A stretch of 64,000 nt of DNA, taken from assembly GCA_964016885.1 (NCBI GenBank), contig OZ024745.1:31434001-31498000 (forward strand), read 5' to 3'. This stretch comes from Eledone cirrhosa (lineage: Eukaryota). Every line of letters begins with the position of its first letter. The stretch's first letter is position 1. Under the pieces are notes generated by a model. The model saw only the letters and a program-made list of their open reading frames with translations. It had not been told where the DNA came from and searched no databases. Made by a program: the position numbers and the translations under genes. Shown here piece by piece: positions 1-11,520 of the stretch.

Positions 1-150
1 AGTGCATTACTGGTACTTTATTTTATCGACCCCGTAAGGATGAAAGGCAAAGTCAACCTCGGCAGGATTTGAACTCAGATCGTAAAGGGACGTAACTATG
101 CTGGAAAGCATGGCGTCCGACCTTCTACCGATACTGCCAATCCACCGCCC
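1..150 (-). mobile_element. tRNA-derived SINE (family with GCCTTTCATCC..GGGGTCGATAAAATAAAGTACCAG core), cut by window edge
   Basis: Minus strand has A-box-like TGGCAGTATCGG and B-box GAGTTCAAATCC followed by the conserved core. Many similar copies, e.g. near 15380-15560, 22345-22520, 24340-24510, 36460-37070, 37785-38560 and 51290-51500. Confidence 0.85.
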
Positions 151-204
151 TTAACAATAATAATAATAATAATAATAACAATAATAATAATAACAATAAT
201 AATA

Positions 205-515
205 ATAATGAAATGATTGTGTACAGTGCTCTGGTGCATGTATAGTACATAGAATAATGTACAAATATCAGGAAAATGAACAGTGTACGAGTCATGAAAT
301 ACATGTGTGCGTGTGTATGGAGGGAGTATATCAGGTGTAGTGTTGGCGAATTTCAGGAAGCATGGAGGTTTTAAAGGATGCAGTGTCTTGATAGCTAATA
401 ACTGATGCAGGTAGTTTGTTCCATTCTTCAGCAACTCTGAACGTGAAAAAATTTTTCAGAAAGTCATGGGAGCTGTGCTGTTTTCTGACTTTGTTAGCAT
501 GCCCATGTGTGTTAA
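205..515 (-). mobile_element. CR1-type LINE 3' end fragment
   Basis: Near-identical to the 3' part of the CR1 fragment at 22750-23080 (both give ORF peptide LHQLLA.KTLHPLKPPCFLKFANTTPDI); ends in an (ATT)n tail. Confidence 0.8.
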
Positions 516-849
516 AAAAAACATTTAAAAGTTAGCAGTTTTATATCATAAATGCAGGGCAGTTTCAGGTAGTTTCAGCCAATTTCAGGTAGCTTAGTAA
601 CAAAACGGTGAAAGAGTTTTGTTAATATTTAGTTAGTATTTATTTCAATTTATTATTTATTTTATCAATCTCTATTTGCCAAACTGCTACATTAAAAGAT
701 CAAAGCAAGAACAGACGTGGATGTGTGTTTGTGATTGGACATAGACACACATACTTACAAAAACACACATTCACATGCACACACATACACACACACGTGT
801 GAATGTGATTACATTTGTGTACAAGACCAGGTAAAATGGTGACTGATGT

Positions 850-2870
850 CGCTGCAGTAGTAGAAGCAGCAGCAGAACTTTCTGCAGCGGCAGCAGTATT
901 TGACAGATCAGCTGCAATTGCTGCTGTAGAAGTGGCAGTGAAGACAGCACACATATATGGTGGTGGTGGTAGTGGCGGCAGTAGTGGTGATGGTAGGTTT
1001 GGTGGCAGTAAGGATGATGGTAGTGATGGTGATGGTGGTGGCAGTAGTTATGATGGTAGTGGTGTTGGTGGTAGCAGTAGTGATGATGGTAATGGTGGTG
1101 GTGCTAATGGTGGTGGCAGTAGTGATGGTGGTAGTGGTGGCAGTAGTGATGGTGCCAGTAGTGATGGTGGTGGCAGTAGTGATGATGGTAGTAGTGGTGG
1201 TTGTAATGGTGGTGGCAGTAGTGATGATGGCAGTGGTGGTGGTTGTAATGGTGGTGGCAGTAGTGATGATGGCAGTGGTGGTGGTTGTAATGGTGGTGGC
1301 AGTAGTGATGATGGCAGTGGTGGTGGTTGTAATGGTGGTGGCAGTAGTGATGATGGCAGTGGTGGTGGTTGTAATGGTGGTGGCAGTAGTGGTGGTGGTT
1401 GTAATGGTGGTGGCAGTAGTGATGATGGCAGTGGTGGTGGTTGTGGCAGCGGTGTTGGTGGTGTTGTTGGTGGCGGTGATATTGTTGTTGCTAGGTGCGT
1501 GCATGGGGGTGTATGGGCAGCAATAGAGGTAATGTTAATTGGTGTTGTTGTTATTGCCATTTAGCCCTAGGTGAAGCATGATCAAACAGAGCTATAATCA
1601 AAGACATCCTAATCATGACCACTCCATCATATTTACCTAGAACAGACTTAACCAATGTGTCCATCTATTTTTTAATGACAGCAGAGTATAATTTGAAAGC
1701 AATTTAGCTGCTTTTTCTAGCAAAATCATTCCTACCATCACCACCACCACTGCTGCCCCCCACCACCATCACCACCACCACTGCTGCCTCCCACCACCAC
1801 CACAGCTGGCACTAATACCACTACCACCATTGCCACCACCACCACCACCATCTTTATTTATAATAGTAGACAGTGATTTGAGGGTGTTTGTGCTACTATT
1901 TCTAGCAGATCAAGAAATAGATACAGACTTCCTCATTCTCTTGAGCTTTTTTTTTGTGACAGCAGTATAAGCAGTAATGGCAGTGGTAGAGGTAGCAGTG
2001 GTAGAGGTAGCAGTGGTAGAGGTAGCAGTGGTAGAGGTAGCAGTGGTAGAGGTAGCAGTGGTAGAGGTAGCAGTGGTAGAGGTAGCAGTGGTAGAGGTAG
2101 CAGTGGTAGAGGTAGCAGTGGTAGAGGTAGCAGTGGTAGAGGTAGCAGTGGTAGAGGTAGCAGTGGTAGAGGTAGCAGTGGTAGAGGTAGCAGTGGTGGT
2201 GGTGGTGGTGGTGGTGGTGGTGGTGGTGGTGGTGGCGATGGTGGTGGTGGTTGTGGTGGTGGTGGTGGTGGTGGTGGTGGTGGTGGTGGCGGTATTAGTG
2301 GCAGCAGTGGTGGTGGTGGTGGTGGTGGTGGTGGTATTAGTGGCAGCAGCGGTGGTGGTGGTGGTGGTGGCAGCAGTGGTGGTGGTGGTGGTGGTGGTGG
2401 TGGTATTAGTGGCAGCAGCGGTGGTGGTGGTGGTGGTGGTGGCAGCAGTGGTGGTGGTGGTGGTGGCGGTATTAGTGGCAGCAGTGGTGGTGGTGGTGGT
2501 GGTGGTGGTGGTATTAGTGGCAGCAGCGGTGGTGGTGGTGGTGGTGGCAGCAGTGGTGGTGGTGGTGGTGGTGGTGGTGGTGGTGGTGGTGGTGGTGGTG
2601 GTGATGGCGGTATTAGTGGCAACAGCAGTGGTGGTGGTGGTGATGGCAGGTATTAGTGGCAACAGCGGCGGTGGTGGTGGTGGTGGTGGCAGGTATTAGT
2701 GGCAGCAACAGCGGTGGTGGTGGTGATGGCAGGTATTAGTGGCGGCAGTGGTGGTGGTGGTGGTGGTGGTGGTGATGGCAGGTATTAGTGGCAACAGCGG
2801 TGGTGGTGGTGGTGGTGGTGGTGATGGCAGGTATTAGTGGCGGCAGTGGTGCAGGTGGTAGCGACAGTGC
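850..2870. repeat. Compound GGT/GGC/AGT trinucleotide-derived micro/minisatellite arrays
   Basis: 42-bp unit GGTGGTGGTTGTAATGGTGGTGGCAGTAGTGATGATGGCAGT repeated at ~1190-1440; 15-bp unit GTAGCAGTGGTAGAG about 14 times at ~1978-2195; (GGT)n runs at 2195-2870; opposite-orientation (CCA)n block at ~1733-1850. Confidence 0.95.
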
Positions 2871-3167
2871 AGCAGGTGAAGCAGTAGAGAGTGAGGGTTA
2901 GAGGTGGCAGTTGTAGGGTGTAGTGTTATTACTGCTCTTCAGCTTCAGCCTGTCTCATGCTGAGACACACATGAAAAATACTTGCTACAAACATTCCATC
3001 TTTAGGTATTTCAGAAACCCTGGGAGGGGGGAAGGGAGGGGGGGGGGGAGATGAAAAGAAGAAAAATAGTAGCAGAACACCTGCATTACATCTACATGTA
3101 GACATAGACACACACATACACACACGCACGCACGCATGCACACGCACACACACGCACACACATACGC

Positions 3168-3198
<31 letters not shown>

Positions 3199-3269
3199 TA
3201 TGCGTGCATATCATCACCATCATTATCTTTTTGACATCCACTTTTTCATGGTTGCATGGGTAGAAGATA

Positions 3270-3333
<64 letters not shown>

Positions 3334-3789
3334 TGTGTGTGTGTGTATGTGTGTATCATCATCATCATCATCGTTTAATGTCCATTTTCCATGCTAGCAT
3401 GGGTAGGACAGGTTGTCCCATTTGAGGCAAGTCAGGTCAGATGACTGTGTCTCACTCTTATAGAACTGTTTCTGGCTAGATTTATATGGCTGGATGCCCT
3501 TCCTAATGCCAACCCCATTTACAGTGTGTGCTGGGTGCTTTTGTTGTGACATCTACACAACCATTTTACAGTGTGGGCTGGATGTGTTTTGTTCACAGTG
3601 TAAGGGTTGTCTGGAAAGATGTGGGTATAATGGTTAAGAGGTGCCTACTAGATGTATGTTTGAGTCTGTGTGTATGGGAAGGCGTGTTTTTTGTATTACT
3701 GCATAACACCAACAATCACGATCCTGTGTCATTTTCTTTGAGAGATTCAGTTGCACAAGGTCAGCTTTTATCACTATATATATATATGT

Positions 3790-5090
3790 AGAAGTTATAT
3801 TTAATTTGTTGGGATTCCAACAAACTTAAAAGTTTATAACTGATATAGAGCACTCAGCAAATTACTGGAGTAAATATTCAATATATTAATAAATGGAAAC
3901 TATATTTATAAAACCATAATTATTTTATTATATATATTTCAAGGGCGACCAAGCCAATCTTGGTGCGCTTTCATCAGATAAAAAACAAAATTTGTTTTAT
4001 AAATAGTGACATAACCATGGAAAACAACCTTGACAGTTGAAAATTCGCTGGATAGTGAAAATTTATTAAGGGTAATTCAAAGTTATGTGTGAATATGCAA
4101 AGGAATGTCCAAAAAATTGAAAAAACAACCGTTTATTTAAATTACACTGTGGGTAAAAGAGAGAGAAAAGTAAAATATTAGTATATGTAGAAATAGAATG
4201 AAGAAATAAAGTGAAGAAAGAGCGAAGACAAGCTTATCCGAGGATGAGCTCATATAACGTAAATAAGTCTTATGTTTATGTTACATATTTATGTTACGTA
4301 TATTTACTAATAATTGTTAGAATTCTATTATAATAAATATTTATTTACTATTATAAGTATATAGAAAATTAGATATATAGAAAAAATAAAGATATATTAA
4401 AATATATTAAAATATATTAAAATATATTAGTGCACCTGAGCACTTTACACAATAATTTCATTATTATTATTATATTAAAAAATAGATTTAAAATAAATAG
4501 ATATAAAGTTCAAGCATAAGATAAAATATAGATATAAGGATAGATGTAAGGATAGATATATGAGTGGATAGATGGGTATATCATGTTATAGGTTATAAAT
4601 TATGAGGGATACTAGTTTTTATTTAGTGTAAGTATTTAAATTAAATTAAATTAACTGAGTTAATAAGATTACTTATATGTTTTTAATTGGAAGAATATTG
4701 GAAGAATATTGAAAGAATATTGAAAATCCCAGTTTTGTTTACTTATTAGTTATTATGAGATAATTTTGACAAAGATATATTTAGCCAGAGTTAGTTATTG
4801 GTTATAACTCTAATATTAAATAATATAAAAGTTAAAAATTATTAAAAGTATAAGAAAATATTAAAACCAATGAAAAATTAAGATTATAAAATATTAAAAA
4901 TTCTAGACAAAATTCTTGAAAATTCCTGGAAAAACTTTCAAAGAGATTTTTAAAAGATCTCAAAAAACTCCGAAGATACTCAAAAACCTTTTAAAAAACA
5001 TTTAAAAAGTGTTTAAAAAACCTTTTAAAAAACATTTAAAAAGTGTTTAAAAAACCTTTTAAAAAACATTTAAAAAGTGTTTAAAATTAT
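3790..5090 (-). mobile_element. Non-coding Penelope-like element remnant (pLTR/3' UTR) between (TA)n runs
   Basis: Bounded by TA repeats, very AT-rich with internal tandem repeats (~34-bp unit x3 at ~4982-5085), and carries a hammerhead motif at 3923-3983. No ORF seen, so the class is inferred from the ribozyme and context. Confidence 0.5.
3923..3983 (-). ncRNA. Minimal type I hammerhead ribozyme
   Basis: Minus strand reads TTTTAT-CTGATGA-AAGCGCACCAAG-ATTGG-CTTGGTCGCCCTT-GAAA-TATATA-TA-ATAAAA: intact CUGAUGA/GAAA/UH core, stem I TTTTAT/ATAAAA, imperfect stem II, short palindromic stem III. Confidence 0.75.
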
Positions 5091-5824
5091 ATATATATAT
5101 ATAGGCAGATCCAGAAAAACCTGGGACGACTTGATAAATTCCGACCTCAAACACTTACACCTCTCCAAGACAATGTCACTGGACCGAGATCTTTAGCGCT
5201 ACACAGTAATAGAGAAGACCCGCCTTACCTAAGTACAAAGTGAAACCTACTACAGTCAGTAGGCACCTCTAACAAAATACACCCCCGTCCCACTACCCCC
5301 ACCCCATCCACACCACCCCTTTCAATGTAAAGTTATGTTGGTACCACAACATCCAGCCCGAAACATATGAGATCGTGTAGGTGTCACGACAAAAAAACAC
5401 AGTCCACGCTGTAATGTGGCCGTGTAGGCAACACGGTAAAAACCTCCCAGTTCCACACTGTAAATGTGGTTGGTGTTAGGAAGGGCATCCAACTGTAGAA
5501 AACCCGACAGACAGACCTATGCGAGCAAGACAACCAATCTTGCCTCAAGTGGGAAAACTCCCGTCCAAACCCATGCGAGCGTGGAATATGGACGTTAAAC
5601 GAAGATGATGATGATGATATATATTTACACATTAGTGTCTGCAGTTCTGTTTACATGCCAACACAGACCAAGAATTAAGCCATGTCATTCTACTGATATG
5701 GCTTAATTGCATACGAATCGAATATTATTATTAATATTCTAAAATTCTGATTACATTTGTTGTATTCAGCCAGGTAGAGCGATAACTATATGTTAGTTTT
5801 ATATATATATATATATATATATAT

Positions 5825-6943
5825 CACAACCTATCCATGGTGTACCCGCTACCCACAACAAAGAATGTAACTGCCATCTACCTGAAAGATGTCCATTGCA
5901 GAATGAATGCCTAAAGTCCAACATTGTTTAGCAATGCACGGTTGAATCGAACGACCAGAAATGGTATTATATTGGATCTACCACCACATCGTTTAAATCT
6001 CGCTGGTACCGTCATCGATTCTCAATCAAACATCCGAACCACCGTTTTGTGACCACGCTCGCCAACAAGACCTGGCAACTCCGTGAATGCAACCAACAGT
6101 TCACCTTAAAATGGGATATACTTTCCAGCGCAAGTGCATATCGGAGTGGATTGAAGTACTGCAGGTTATGTAACCTTGAGCTATTTTACATATTAAAATC
6201 CCAAAACAAACTACTTAACGATAGAATTGAACGATCATTATACTGCAACCACAAACTAAAAGCTAAATTCTCTCACTATAAAATAACTTAACATTCGAAC
6301 CCGTAACTATAACACCACTTTCTAGCTAACAACCTTCTCTTCCCCCCACACTACAAGACAATACACTGCTTATCACTATACATGGTAACTCAGTGCAATT
6401 CCTAGATTACTACTACAAAACCAAAAGTTCACTCACCACACATACTTTATCTGTTCCCTCTCTACCTATCTCTCTCTACATCCATTACACTCTCTCTCTC
6501 TCACCTTTGACCTACCTCCCTCTCAACATCTATGAACCTGCCCTCTGGGGCAATAAATAATTCCGACCTTAACTATCAACGCATCTCTCCAAAAGTAACC
6601 AGTATAATAAAACCCCTACCATAACATTTTGATTAAGATATCTACAAGCCACTCTCTCCTACTTCTCCAACCCCTGCATATCTTTCTTTCTCTCTCCCTC
6701 TTCCCTACTTTTCTCTCTTCCTGTTCTACTCTATCTTCCCCAACAACCCCACTTAAGGGTATTTACATTGTACATTTACCATTCTGCTCTGAGGAAACAG
6801 TGGTCACAGCATTGGATATTCGAGTTCTGCAAGTACTTGTGAATTTGCACATAGCGGAACTAGGCTGCAGTACCCCCGTGGAAACACTTGTAAGCACACG
6901 GAATAAATTACCTTTTTATGATGTCTACCTGTTATTATTCATT

Positions 6944-6946
<3 letters not shown>
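5825..6946 (+). mobile_element. Penelope-like retroelement (Neptune type), 5'-truncated: GIY-YIG endonuclease remnant plus 3' UTR
   Basis: Frame of ORF 6049-6291 extends upstream as CNCHLPERCPLQNECLKSNIV*QCTVESNDQKWYYIGSTTTSFKSRWYRH...CRLCNLELFYIL...LLN...CNH: Cys-rich linker plus GIY-YIG. TAG at 5929 replaces the IVY Tyr. Flanked by (TA)n on both sides. Confidence 0.85.
6785..6896 (+). ncRNA. Hammerhead ribozyme motif with ~85-nt structured stem II insert
   Basis: TGCT-CTGAGGA-[insert]-GAAAC-ACTT-GTA-AGCA; stem I TGCT/AGCA. Insert has nested complementary pairs CAGC/GCTG and AGTTCTGC/GCGGAACT. AATAAA follows at ~6902. The base of stem II is mismatched. Confidence 0.55.
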
Positions 6947-7013
<67 letters not shown>

Positions 7014-7095
7014 ATAATAATAAAATTGAAGACTAAAATCCAAAGAGGGCTCGATAAGGAAAATATATATCAAATATATAAGAACCGTAGAGCAA

Positions 7096-7820
7096 ATATT
7101 TATTAAAATAACAGATTAAAGTTTAAGCAAAGAATCGCTGCTTTCACCCTTAACGGGATCTTCTGAAACTAACAAAGTCAATCTGTAAACGCAGAACTGG
7201 ATATTTCAAAAAACGTTGCAACCGGAGGAAGACAGGAAGACGATACTTTGGTTCGTGGAGACGTTTGCTGGCAAAGAACGGGAAAAAACGAATAATACGT
7301 CATTAATAGGAGCGGTGAAAAACAATTACGCGCAAAGACAGAACCACGTTTATGGTATAAAAGAGGTCGTAGACTAATGTTCTCTTAGGTGGTAGAATTT
7401 TAGTCTACAACTTCTGCTATACCATTTACGTGGTTTTGTCTTTGCGTGCTGTTGTTCTCCACGCTCCACATATGACTTATTATCTTCGTTTTTTCGTTCA
7501 TTGCCAGAGAACGTCTCTATGCACCACCTAAGAGAACATTAGTCTACGACCTCTTTTATACCATAAACGTTGTTCTGTCTTTGCGCGTAATTGTTTTTCA
7601 CCGCTCCTATTAATGACGTATTATTCGTTTTTTCCCGTTCTTTGCCAGCAAACGTCTCCACGAACCAAAGTATCGTCTTCCTGTCTTCCTCCGGTTGCAA
7701 CGTTTTTTGAAATATCCAGTTCTGCGTTTACAGATTGACTTTGTTAGTTTCAGAAGATCCCGTTAAGGGTGAAAGCAGCGATTCTTTGCTTAAACTTTAA
7801 TCTGTTATTTTAATAAATAT
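7096..7820. repeat. Long near-perfect inverted repeat (298-bp arms, 129-bp spacer), probably a fold-back Penelope-like terminus
   Basis: 7096-7393 is the reverse complement of 7523-7820; I found one mismatch (GAACCACG vs GAACAACG). Ends in (TA)n. Confidence 0.9.
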
Positions 7821-7890
7821 ATATATATATATATATATATTTTCTCTTAATCAATCATAATCATAATCATATATATATATATATATATAT

Positions 7891-8110
7891 CGAAGGAAAC
7901 AAGGTATCACTTAAGCTACACAGTAGGGTTTATTCCAAGCATTGACGTATGTTTCATTGGCTAGTATGTAATTGAATGCGTTTTAAAATCGCTATCTGCA
8001 ACGTTATTGTGAAATTCGATTTTAATTACCGCTTATACCAGGAAAATTATCAAAACACTTGTGTATAAACCCTATTGTTTGGCTTAAATGTGGTAATCTT
8101 CATTCATTCA
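7891..8110. mobile_element. Imperfect palindromic MITE-like insert within a TA microsatellite
   Basis: TTAAGCTACACAGTAGGGTTTAT near the left end pairs with ATAAACCCTATTGTTTGGCTTAA near the right end; (TA)n on both flanks. Confidence 0.5.
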
Positions 8111-10443
8111 TTATATATATATATACATATATATACATATATATATATATATATATCTATATATATATATATATGCATGTATGTATGTATGTATGTATGT
8201 ATGTATGTATATGTGTATGTGTATATATATATATGTATGTGTGTGTTATTATTATAGGATGGCAAAATTGTTAGACCATTAGATAATATGTTTTGCAGTT
8301 TCGGTTCAAATCCTGTGATGGTCAACTTTGCCTTTCATCCATACGGGGTCGATAAAATAAAGTACCAGTAATGTCCTGGGCAATTGCTGGCCTTGTGCCA
8401 AAAGTCGAAACAATTATTAAAGGATAGTTAAGCCCAACAGTTAGGTTTAAATCATTTCAGTTTTCCATCTGTTAAAGGTATTCTTTTTCCATCTTTTCTG
8501 CCTCTATTCACCTAGTTGTTCTTATTCTATATTCCCCAGGTCAGCTCTGTGCGGACCTATAATCAAAGTTATTTCAATTATCACCATATTATCCTTTTTA
8601 TATATCAGGGACTATATTAATCAAAATATCTTCCATTTTTAAGACAGTAGTATGCAATTTGCGAGAGATTCAGCTGCTATTTCTAACATGTTGAGTGACT
8701 ATGTAGAGGGTTCTTCTTTGCCTCTATTCACCCAGTTATTAGGAAAGAAACTAACTTTTCTAAAAATACAGGTTCCACTAGATTGACATCTCTTTAATCC
8801 TTTTGATACCAAACTGACTTTATGATACAAAAACTGTCATTTTAAACTGTCATCTAAAAATGTTTATATCCTTCTATCATAATTTTAGATTTTAGATTTT
8901 TGTTCAGTAATGTTCTAAATATGGGCTTACTAATGAAAGAGTTAGTTATTTTTTTAATTTAATTTTTTCAACTATTTGATTATTTATAAAATTAATTCAA
9001 ACATATAAGTAGTGTATTTCATTAGATATATGGTAACAAAAGGGTTAAGTGAGGTTTGGTAAAATACTTCTCTCATAGTTTTCAAGATACAGAATATAAG
9101 ATTTGATACTGGCTTCATAAACCATTGTGGTTTACACAGAGAATGTTCAGGAAGAGAGGGTGCCATTTCAGAAAAGTGAAATATCAAATCAGTTATGTTT
9201 GGGATTAAAGTTTTGTTCCATCTTGGATCAACTATTTCTTTTCATTGACAAAATGCACTCAGCTCACACAGGAAAGTGGTAGTGCTGGTGTCACAGTAAA
9301 ATGCACTCAACTTACACTATAAAGTGATATTAATTTATAATGTGTATCTCTTTTATATTTAGAATATATTACTCTGTTATATTTGGTGAAATATTTCCTT
9401 TCATTGATCAAATACACTCAGCTCACACCGGAAAGTGGTAACACCGGTGTCATGAATTAATGTACCCAGCCCATACTATAAAATGACTTAGTTATATATT
9501 TGAACTATATATTTGCCTTCAAATTCTGTTATATTTGGTGAAATATATTCAATAGACATGACAGTATATGATGCAGGGATAGCCAAATGGTTAAAATATT
9601 CACTTCACAGTTATGAAGTCCTGGGTTCAATCCCACTGCATGCTATCTTATGGATATGTATCTTTCACCATAACGTCAGGTTGGCTCAAGTAATATTGAG
9701 TAATATTGGCTGAAAGTAATATTGAGTAGAGTTAAACTGTGTCATGCTGTTTTGCCTGGAAATTATGTCAACAATATATGGGTTTATGGAGTATTCAGCT
9801 GTTCAAACATAAATTTAATGAGTAGGAAGTTTTATTGATTGAACAACTGAATGTTCATCATCAAAACCAACAGAGGATACATCACGTTACACATTACTTG
9901 GGCTATAAATGATATATTTGCCATCAAAATCGATTATATTTGGTGAAATATATTCATTAAACATGAGAGTGTAAGAACAATTGTTTATATTTTTTCTGGA
10001 AACGTTTTACAGAAACAAAAAAGAATATAATTACCAACAAAAGCAAACAATTTGGGCAAATTAAAATATCATTGATTGCATATGTTTTAAAATAAATTTA
10101 TCTCAAATATATAAATTATGAAGAACATAGAAGATGGCCAACTTTTATGAGTTCCAAGGCAAATGGTTAACAGTTTGTACCTTGTTTCTGTCAATGGTTT
10201 AATCCAATTATCTGTAATAACATACCTGAGAAGGTGCAGTTCAACAATGTAAGCAACAGAGGGAGCATAGTGAAATTGACTTATGTTTTCTTTGTCTACA
10301 GTGATGAAGTAAAACGTTTTCTTTTCGTGATTCTGGAGAAAGCATTAAAATATATCTTCTACTAAATTCTAGATCAAACCAAACCATCAGTAACGATCCC
10401 AATATCTCTGTAGATGTGAAAATTTAATCAAAGAATGAAATTC

Positions 10444-10558
10444 ACTCCATAGCTTTCATCAATTTTGATCGCCCTGCTCTTTTTTATACAGCTGTTATGA
10501 AAGACGACAGGTGTATAAAAAAGTGCCGGGTGATCAAAATTGAGGGAAGCTATGGAGT
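10444..10558. repeat. Imperfect hairpin (52-bp arms, 11-nt loop)
   Basis: 10444-10495 vs reverse complement of 10507-10558, about 6 mismatches. Confidence 0.85.
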
Positions 10559-10804
10559 AGGTAGACCCAGAAAAACCTGGGACAACATGATAAAAACTGA
10601 GCTTTCACACTTACACCTCTCTAAGACAATGTCACCGGATCGAGACATTTAGTGCTACACAGTAATACAGAAGACCCGCCTTCCCTTACATATGAAGTTA
10701 AACCTACAGTCAGTAAACACCTCTTAACCAAATATACACCCCACCACCTCTACTCCATCCTCCTACACCATCCTTTCTCTGTAAAGTTATGTTGGTACCA
10801 CAGA

Positions 10805-11520
10805 ACATCCAGTCCACACTGTAAAGTGGTTGTGTAGGTGTCATGACAAAAAGCACCCAGTCCATGCTGTAAAGTGATCGTGTAGGAGACACAGTAAAAA
10901 GGCTCCCAGTCCACACTGTAAATGTGGTTGGTGTTATGAAGGACATCAAGCCGTAGAAAACCTGCCAGATACAGTTCTATACGAGTGAGACACAGTCACC
11001 CAACCAATCTTGCCTTAAGTGGGACAATCCCGTCTAACCCATGCTAGCGTGGAAGAGGGACATTAAACGATGAGGATGATGATGATGTTCCTATATTTTG
11101 CTTACTAATACTATTGTTATTTTTTTTTCCTCTGTGCCTTGCCCACACTGTAAAGTGGTTGTTTTGGTGACATGACAAAACACGCCCAGTCTATTCTGTA
11201 AAGTAGTTGTTTTGGTGCCACGACAAAAAGTGCCCAGTCCACACTGTAAATTGATCGTTTTAGTGCCACGACAAAAAGCACCCAGTCCACATTGTAAAGT
11301 GGTTGATTTAGTGCCATGAAAAAGTACCCAGTCCACACTATAAATGTGGTTAGAATTAGGAATGGCATCCAGTGATAGAAACAATGTCAGAAACTGTTCT
11401 GTATGAACAATACGCAGTCATCTGGTCTGACTTGTCTCATAATGGGACAACTCGTCTAACCCATGCTAGCATGGAAAAATGGACATTAAATGATGATGAT
11501 GATAATGATGATGATGTTAT
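10805..11520 (+). mobile_element. Two SINE copies with RTE-like (ATG)n tails and internally amplified ~58-bp CCAGTCCACACTGTAAAGTGG units
   Basis: Core GTTAGGAAGGGCATCCAGC-like motif and 3' end CCCATGCTAGC.TGGAA..GGAC.TTAAA.GATGATGATG. Similar copies near 3355-3600(-), 5350-5620, 45170-45440, 59185-59385 and 60900-61180(-). Confidence 0.8.

Noticed and set aside
815-2699. Long poly-Gly/Thr/Val/Pro ORFs on both strands
   Set aside because: Open in several frames simply because the trinucleotide repeats lack stop codons; no splice or homology support.
5929-5931. In-frame TAG in the Neptune endonuclease as recoding/read-through
   Set aside because: The element is 5'-truncated with no RT; a Tyr-to-stop point mutation in a dead copy is simpler.
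11130-11350. CRISPR-like repeat/spacer appearance (also 61020-61180 and 62415-62640)
   Set aside because: Degenerate tandem units of a SINE or minisatellite without unique spacers; eukaryotic context and no cas genes.
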